Below are positions 59,992 to 64,000 of a stretch of 64,000 bases of DNA, piece by piece. The position numbers and the translations under genes are program-made. Source of the stretch: Terriglobia bacterium (GTDB lineage Bacteria > Acidobacteriota > Terriglobia > JAJPHL01 > JAPKYU01); assembly GCA_965223005.1 (NCBI GenBank), contig CBDCVK010000010.1:1019656-1083655 (forward strand), in the 5' to 3' direction. The notes below the pieces were generated by a model that did not search any database, was not told the origin of the DNA, and saw nothing but the letters and a program-made list of their open reading frames with translations. Numbering within the stretch: position 1 is the stretch's first letter; each line of letters starts with the position of its first letter.

Positions 59992-60879
59992 TCACCCGAT
60001 GCCGATTTCGCGCAGGTAAGCACGTGTCCGCTTGGCGATGGGTAGCGGTTTATCGAACGCCGTCGGATACATGTCCTGTTCCACAATCGCCCAGCCGTCG
60101 TAAGCAATCTCCTGCAGTGCATCGCGATAAGCGACAAAATCTACCATCCCTTGGGCCGGTTCGCAAAAGATGCCCATTTCGGTGGCCTTGTTCAAGGGTA
60201 TGCGTTCTGCCGCCACTTTCGCGCGGATCTGGGGGTCAATGTTCTTCAGGTGCATGTACCGGATCCTAGCGTGATGTTTCCTCAGAAAAGCAACAGGGTC
60301 TCCCCCGCCATAGGCATGGTGACCAGGGTCCAAGCAAAGGGAAACGCGCTGCGGGTCAGTCTGTTCCAAAAGGGCTTCGATCTGGTGCTCATGCTGGACA
60401 TGGGTCTCGACATGGGGATGAAAAACGAGGTCCAGCCCAAAGCGCTCGTGGACCAGATCGGCCAGTGTCTGTGTCGTATGGATCAACCTCTTCCATCCGT
60501 CTTCGTCAAGACGGCTCGGGCCCGTCGGCTTGCCGGTGTGCAGATCGATGTAGACGTCGTCGAGGAGCATCACATATTTTCCGTCCACACCCGCCATCAT
60601 TGCACCCACTTTGAGCGCCTCTTCTTTTATGACTGGCCACAACGCCGGATCTTCCAGCGGTAGCATCACGTCGCATGCGACTGCCTTCAGATTTCGCCGT
60701 TCCAGTTCCGGGCGAAGAATCTTCGGATCCGTGGGCAGATAGCCGTACGGGGCAAGTTCGATCCACTCATAATCTGCCTGGATGAGTTCATCCAGAAATC
60801 GCTGCCAAGGGATTTGTTTAGGATCGCTGGCAAAGTTAACGCCCCACGAGCAGGGTGATGAGCCGATTCTGACTTTCAT
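59992..60879 (-). CDS. Sugar-phosphate isomerase/epimerase (xylose-isomerase-like TIM barrel; IolI/inosose-isomerase-like)
   Basis: 295 aa AP-endonuclease-2/XI-like fold (HPHVETHV, LDPGH). Confidence 0.65.
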   Translation of the reverse strand: MKVRIGSSPCSWGVNFASDPKQIPWQRFLDELIQADYEWIELAPYGYLPTDPKILRPELERRNLKAVACDVMLPLEDPALWPVIKEEALKVGAMMAGVDGKYVMLLDDVYIDLHTGKPTGPSRLDEDGWKRLIHTTQTLADLVHERFGLDLVFHPHVETHVQHEHQIEALLEQTDPQRVSLCLDPGHHAYGGGDPVAFLRKHHARIRYMHLKNIDPQIRAKVAAERIPLNKATEMGIFCEPAQGMVDFVAYRDALQEIAYDGWAIVEQDMYPTAFDKPLPIAKRTRAYLREIGIG

Positions 60880-60968
60880 GATGTTAATTGCGTCGCGCCG
60901 ACCGGCCTCCTACCATGAGGAGGGTGCTGTCACCCGTTAAGGCGAACCGAGTTCGTCGTGCCCCTACA

Positions 60969-61754
60969 TCACGTCGTGTGCTTGGCCTGGCTGGCTCTTT
61001 TCCAGGTGGCGGCGAGTGGTTCGATTTCGCTTCCCACGATCACCCAGGACGCGCCTTGCTTGATGGCGTCCGGCACGCCGTCAGGCGAGGAGACCAGAGC
61101 GCCATAATGGACACCTCGTTGGCGACAGACCTTGCGAACGTGCTCAACCAACTCCCGGAATCGCTCATGGTGGGTCTGCCCAGGAATCCCCAAATCAAGC
61201 GACAGGTCGGTTGGCCCGATCATCACACCATCGACGTCGCCCCCATCGACGTCGCCCAAAGATACGAGTTCATCCAATCTGCGGATGGCCACCTCCGACT
61301 CGACCTTCAGAATCAGAGAGATTTGCTTATCGTAGTCGGCGACCTCCTCGGCAATGGGCCGAGCCGCGTATAGATTGTGACCGGCCGTACCACACCGGCC
61401 CCGCTTGCCTTTGGGAGGATGGCGCACCGCAGCGATCGCCCGTGCCACGTCGTCGGTCGTTTCGACGTGAGGGAGCACGATGCCGGACGCGCCGGAATCC
61501 AAGGCATGATCGATTGCGTGGTAGCTGATGTCCTTTGTGGTGACCAGCGGCGCCATGCCGGTGAGCCGCGCGACCTGCGCGAGGTCGTGAATGGTTTCCG
61601 GATTATGGGGGCGGTGCTCCACGTCAAGCATGACAAAATCAAGACCGGCGGCGGCGGCGATCTCGATCGTTGCAATGTCGGTGCTGTACAAGATCATGGT
61701 GCCGACGGCCACGCCACCAGCCTGCCATATCTTTTTGAGAGGATTCACGTCCAT
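60969..61754 (-). CDS. HpcH/HpaI-family 2-keto-3-deoxy-acid aldolase
   Basis: 261 aa (DFVMLDVEH, MIGPTDLS). Contains an in-frame 15-nt duplication (GDVDG x2). Confidence 0.7.
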   Translation of the reverse strand: MDVNPLKKIWQAGGVAVGTMILYSTDIATIEIAAAAGLDFVMLDVEHRPHNPETIHDLAQVARLTGMAPLVTTKDISYHAIDHALDSGASGIVLPHVETTDDVARAIAAVRHPPKGKRGRCGTAGHNLYAARPIAEEVADYDKQISLILKVESEVAIRRLDELVSLGDVDGGDVDGVMIGPTDLSLDLGIPGQTHHERFRELVEHVRKVCRQRGVHYGALVSSPDGVPDAIKQGASWVIVGSEIEPLAATWKRASQAKHTT

Positions 61755-61976
61755 TTGGTCAACCAGCCTATTCGCAGTTCAATTTACCCGTTATCGCCTC
61801 GACTCGTACGACCAAAACATCGACGATCTCGGGGCAAACGCATCTTAGGCTCCTCTCAGCCGCCCGTCAAGCAGCTCTTCGTCGGATCGCCGGCCGATGG
61901 AAACCCAAATTCATGCTGGTTCCTGCGCCAGGGCATATAATATAGGCTGGAAGTTAGCATCGCCCCAGGAGAGTAA

Positions 61977-62690
61977 ATGATGAGTGTGCAACTTGAGTTC
62001 GTCGGCCACGCTTGCTTCCGGCTGTGGGAAAATGGCCGTCCCGTCCTTGTCACCGATCCGCTCCGCTACGAACAGTTGGGTTTGTCCGATCCGGGAACGC
62101 GGTTCGAAGCCGACACCGTGATTGCCAGTTCATTGACGGACGAGGCGCATTCTAACATCGGGCTCGTGAAAGGCAGTCCCCGCGTGATTAACGCGCTCGA
62201 TGTGGCCCAGGGCAAGACCAAGGCGAAGATCAGCGGGCAACCGGTTCTCACGGCTCAGGCCCGCGAAGATCCCAAGCACCCCGAACACGAGCCCATGGAC
62301 AACGCCCTGTACGCGTTCAAGTTTGGCGACCTGTGGTTTGTCCACATGGGCGACGTCGGTCCCCACCAACTGCCGCACGACCAGCTGGCGCCTTTCACGG
62401 GGCACTGCGATGTCCTTTTCGCGCTCACGGGCGAGCAACTCACGCCGAAACACGAAGAGCTGGACTCCTGGATCGATCTCCTCAAACCGAAGTGGCTCGT
62501 GCCGATGCACTACAACATCCCGCCGGTGTCGTTCGAGATGTCCAAGATCGACGACTTCATCGAGCACCGAGCCGATGATCCTGTTTTCTTCGTGCGCCAC
62601 CACACGGTCGAGTTGCCACTGCCGACACCGAAGGAGGGCCGACCCACGATCGTCGTGCTCGACCCCTCGGCGTACCAGCGGTCGGGGTAA
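61977..62690 (+). CDS. MBL-fold metallo-hydrolase (UlaG-like)
   Basis: FVGHACF, HMGD, PMHYN beta-lactamase-fold motifs. TATAAT about 40 nt upstream. Confidence 0.6.
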   Translation: MMSVQLEFVGHACFRLWENGRPVLVTDPLRYEQLGLSDPGTRFEADTVIASSLTDEAHSNIGLVKGSPRVINALDVAQGKTKAKISGQPVLTAQAREDPKHPEHEPMDNALYAFKFGDLWFVHMGDVGPHQLPHDQLAPFTGHCDVLFALTGEQLTPKHEELDSWIDLLKPKWLVPMHYNIPPVSFEMSKIDDFIEHRADDPVFFVRHHTVELPLPTPKEGRPTIVVLDPSAYQRSG

Positions 62691-62970
62691 AGGAACCGGT
62701 GGATCGACCGAAGGTCTCCGCGTCATCATCATGGTGACGAGAATGGCCTGTCTGCCCGTGGTTGTTTGCTTCTGTGGTCGCACTGGCGTCCGGTTGAGGC
62801 AAAGGGCTGGCATTGATTCGTAGAGGGATTGTCCCCGAGCATCCAGAGGCGGTTCCTTCCCGGGTTCGAGCTTCGGGCCTCCCGGCCAGGAGCATAGGTA
62901 AATTTTCAACTCTTCAAGTCTTCAAGTCTACAATTACGTCCTGGTATAAAAGATTGCTGGAGGGAGCTTT

Positions 62971-64000
62971 ATGACGATTGCATTCGCCCGTCGTGCGGCA
63001 ACTTGCCTGCTCGCGGCTTTTCTTTTGGCGGGGACAGCACGCGCCGGGGAGCCCGACTCGGAGGCTCAAACATTTCCCTACAATGACGTGCGGAGGAAGC
63101 TGGAAGAACATCAGGTCCGTATCCGGGAACTGGAACGCCTGCTGAAGGAACAAGAACGTCTGCTGCGAGCCCTGCAACAACAATTGGCCGAGCAGCGAAC
63201 CCACTCGGCGTCGGGGCCGCGCTCGGCCTCGGCCTCAGAACCACTCGGGCACGGCGTAACCGCCCAGGAAGAGGTGAACCGCACATCCGGGGAGGTGAAT
63301 GCCCCGGCTAAGTCGCTCGCGCCAGTACGGTCCGACGTGCAAAAGCCTGCGGAAGCTCAACACGAGCAAGAGAAGGCATCGCCGCTCACCGCTGGATGGA
63401 CCGGCAGCCACCCCTACATCCGCAGTGCCGACGGTGATTTCACCATGCAGTTTGGAGGCCGCATGCAGTTTGATTGGCGCAGCCACACTGGAGAGGTCAC
63501 CCCGGCAGGGACGTTCTTAATCCGCCGAGCGCGGCTGGAGGCGGAGGGGCAATTGTTTAAACACTATGAGTACAAGGTGCAGGCCGACTTCGCAGAGGTC
63601 GGCACCACGCTGCTGCGCGATGGGTTCCTGAACATCAACTACATCAAGCCTTTCCAGGTCAAGTTTGGGCAGTTCAAGGCCCCCTTCAGCCAGGAGCAAT
63701 CGCAATCGTCGAAATACATGGATTTTGTCGAGCGCTCCAGCGTCAACAACCTGGCGCCGGGTCGCAGTCAAGGTCTGATGATCCACGGGGAAGTGACCGA
63801 TGGTGTTTTCCAGTACGACCTCGGTGCCTTCAACGGGCGCGGCGTGCTGTTGAGGGCGACGGCCACGACGCCCGAGACGTTCTTGCGCTTGCGCTTCACC
63901 CCCTTCAAGAAGGGGGGGGGGCCAATCCCGAAGAACTTCAGTTTTGGCGGTGCCGTGTCGCAAGGGCGCAACCGGGGCGGACTTAACTTCGGCGGACGCA
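62971..64000 (+). CDS. Phosphate-selective porin O/P-family outer-membrane protein (partial; runs off the window)
   Basis: Translated by hand, codon by codon: signal peptide, a coiled-coil segment, then FLIRRARLEAEGQLFKHYEYKVQADF and NINYIKPFQVKFGQFKAPFSQEQ, typical of OprO/OprP. No stop in the window, so absent from the ORF track. Contains an in-frame run of 10 G. Confidence 0.75.
   Translation, partial: MTIAFARRAATCLLAAFLLAGTARAGEPDSEAQTFPYNDVRRKLEEHQVRIRELERLLKEQERLLRALQQQLAEQRTHSASGPRSASASEPLGHGVTAQEEVNRTSGEVNAPAKSLAPVRSDVQKPAEAQHEQEKASPLTAGWTGSHPYIRSADGDFTMQFGGRMQFDWRSHTGEVTPAGTFLIRRARLEAEGQLFKHYEYKVQADFAEVGTTLLRDGFLNINYIKPFQVKFGQFKAPFSQEQSQSSKYMDFVERSSVNNLAPGRSQGLMIHGEVTDGVFQYDLGAFNGRGVLLRATATTPETFLRLRFTPFKKGGGPIPKNFSFGGAVSQGRNRGGLNFGGR

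Overview
High-GC (~65%) bacterial chromosome segment that reads as Acidobacteria-like: it carries a VWFA-related protein of the Acidobacteria-typical kind, a TPR protein, an aa3 oxidase and an LPS core cluster. It looks like core genome; no transposase, integrase or CRISPR array was seen. Main blocks, start to end:

- 1-8044 (minus strand): a tightly coupled cobalamin-dependent methyl-transfer operon. Order: unknown protein, URO-D-family methyltransferase, corrinoid protein, small Cys protein, RACo reductive activase, MetF-MetV fused methylene-THF reductase, pterin-binding methyl-THF:corrinoid methyltransferase, small protein, then an M19 dipeptidase running off the window.
- 8153-9734: divergent GntR/FadR regulator followed by formyl-THF deformylase PurU.
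- 9843-12329: GAF protein, alpha/beta hydrolase, HU, secreted hypothetical.
- 12454-19203: LPS inner-core operon (waaA, lpxK, GT9 heptosyltransferase, split hldA/hldC, second GT9, ICMT-family methyltransferase).
- 19255-22227: DUF3108-like protein, zinc-ribbon membrane protein, lipoprotein, carboxymuconolactone-decarboxylase-family protein.
- 22584-28223: secA, ftsA, ftsZ.
- 28285-36718 (minus strand): ymdB-like phosphoesterase, zapA, zapB-like, pheT, pheS, rplT (with a repeat-encoded C-terminal extension), rpmI, infC (AUC start), thrS.
- 36862-40463: biotin carboxylase, SDR, VWA protein.
- 40737-42781: selenium-binding-protein/methanethiol-oxidase homologue translationally coupled to a metal-transporter-like membrane protein.
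- 42816-43806: SnoaL-like protein, tRNA-Ser(CGA), tadA.
- 43899-47032: a sigma54-type two-component system in which both genes are disrupted (+1 frameshift in the regulator, 40-bp tandem duplication in the kinase).
- 47188-50549: scramblase homologue, aldehyde dehydrogenase, TPR protein.
- 50774-56053: STAS and zinc-ribbon proteins, then an aa3-type cytochrome c oxidase operon with two subunit-III genes.
- 56103-62690: nicotinamidase-like protein, then a lower-GC carbohydrate island led by a GH37 trehalase with a fungal neutral-trehalase-type Ca motif.
- 62971-64000: partial OprO/P porin.

Several short tandem repeats and overlooked start codons are reported. Starts in the ORF track are unreliable because the finder shows GTG/TTG starts as M; coordinates were re-derived where possible.
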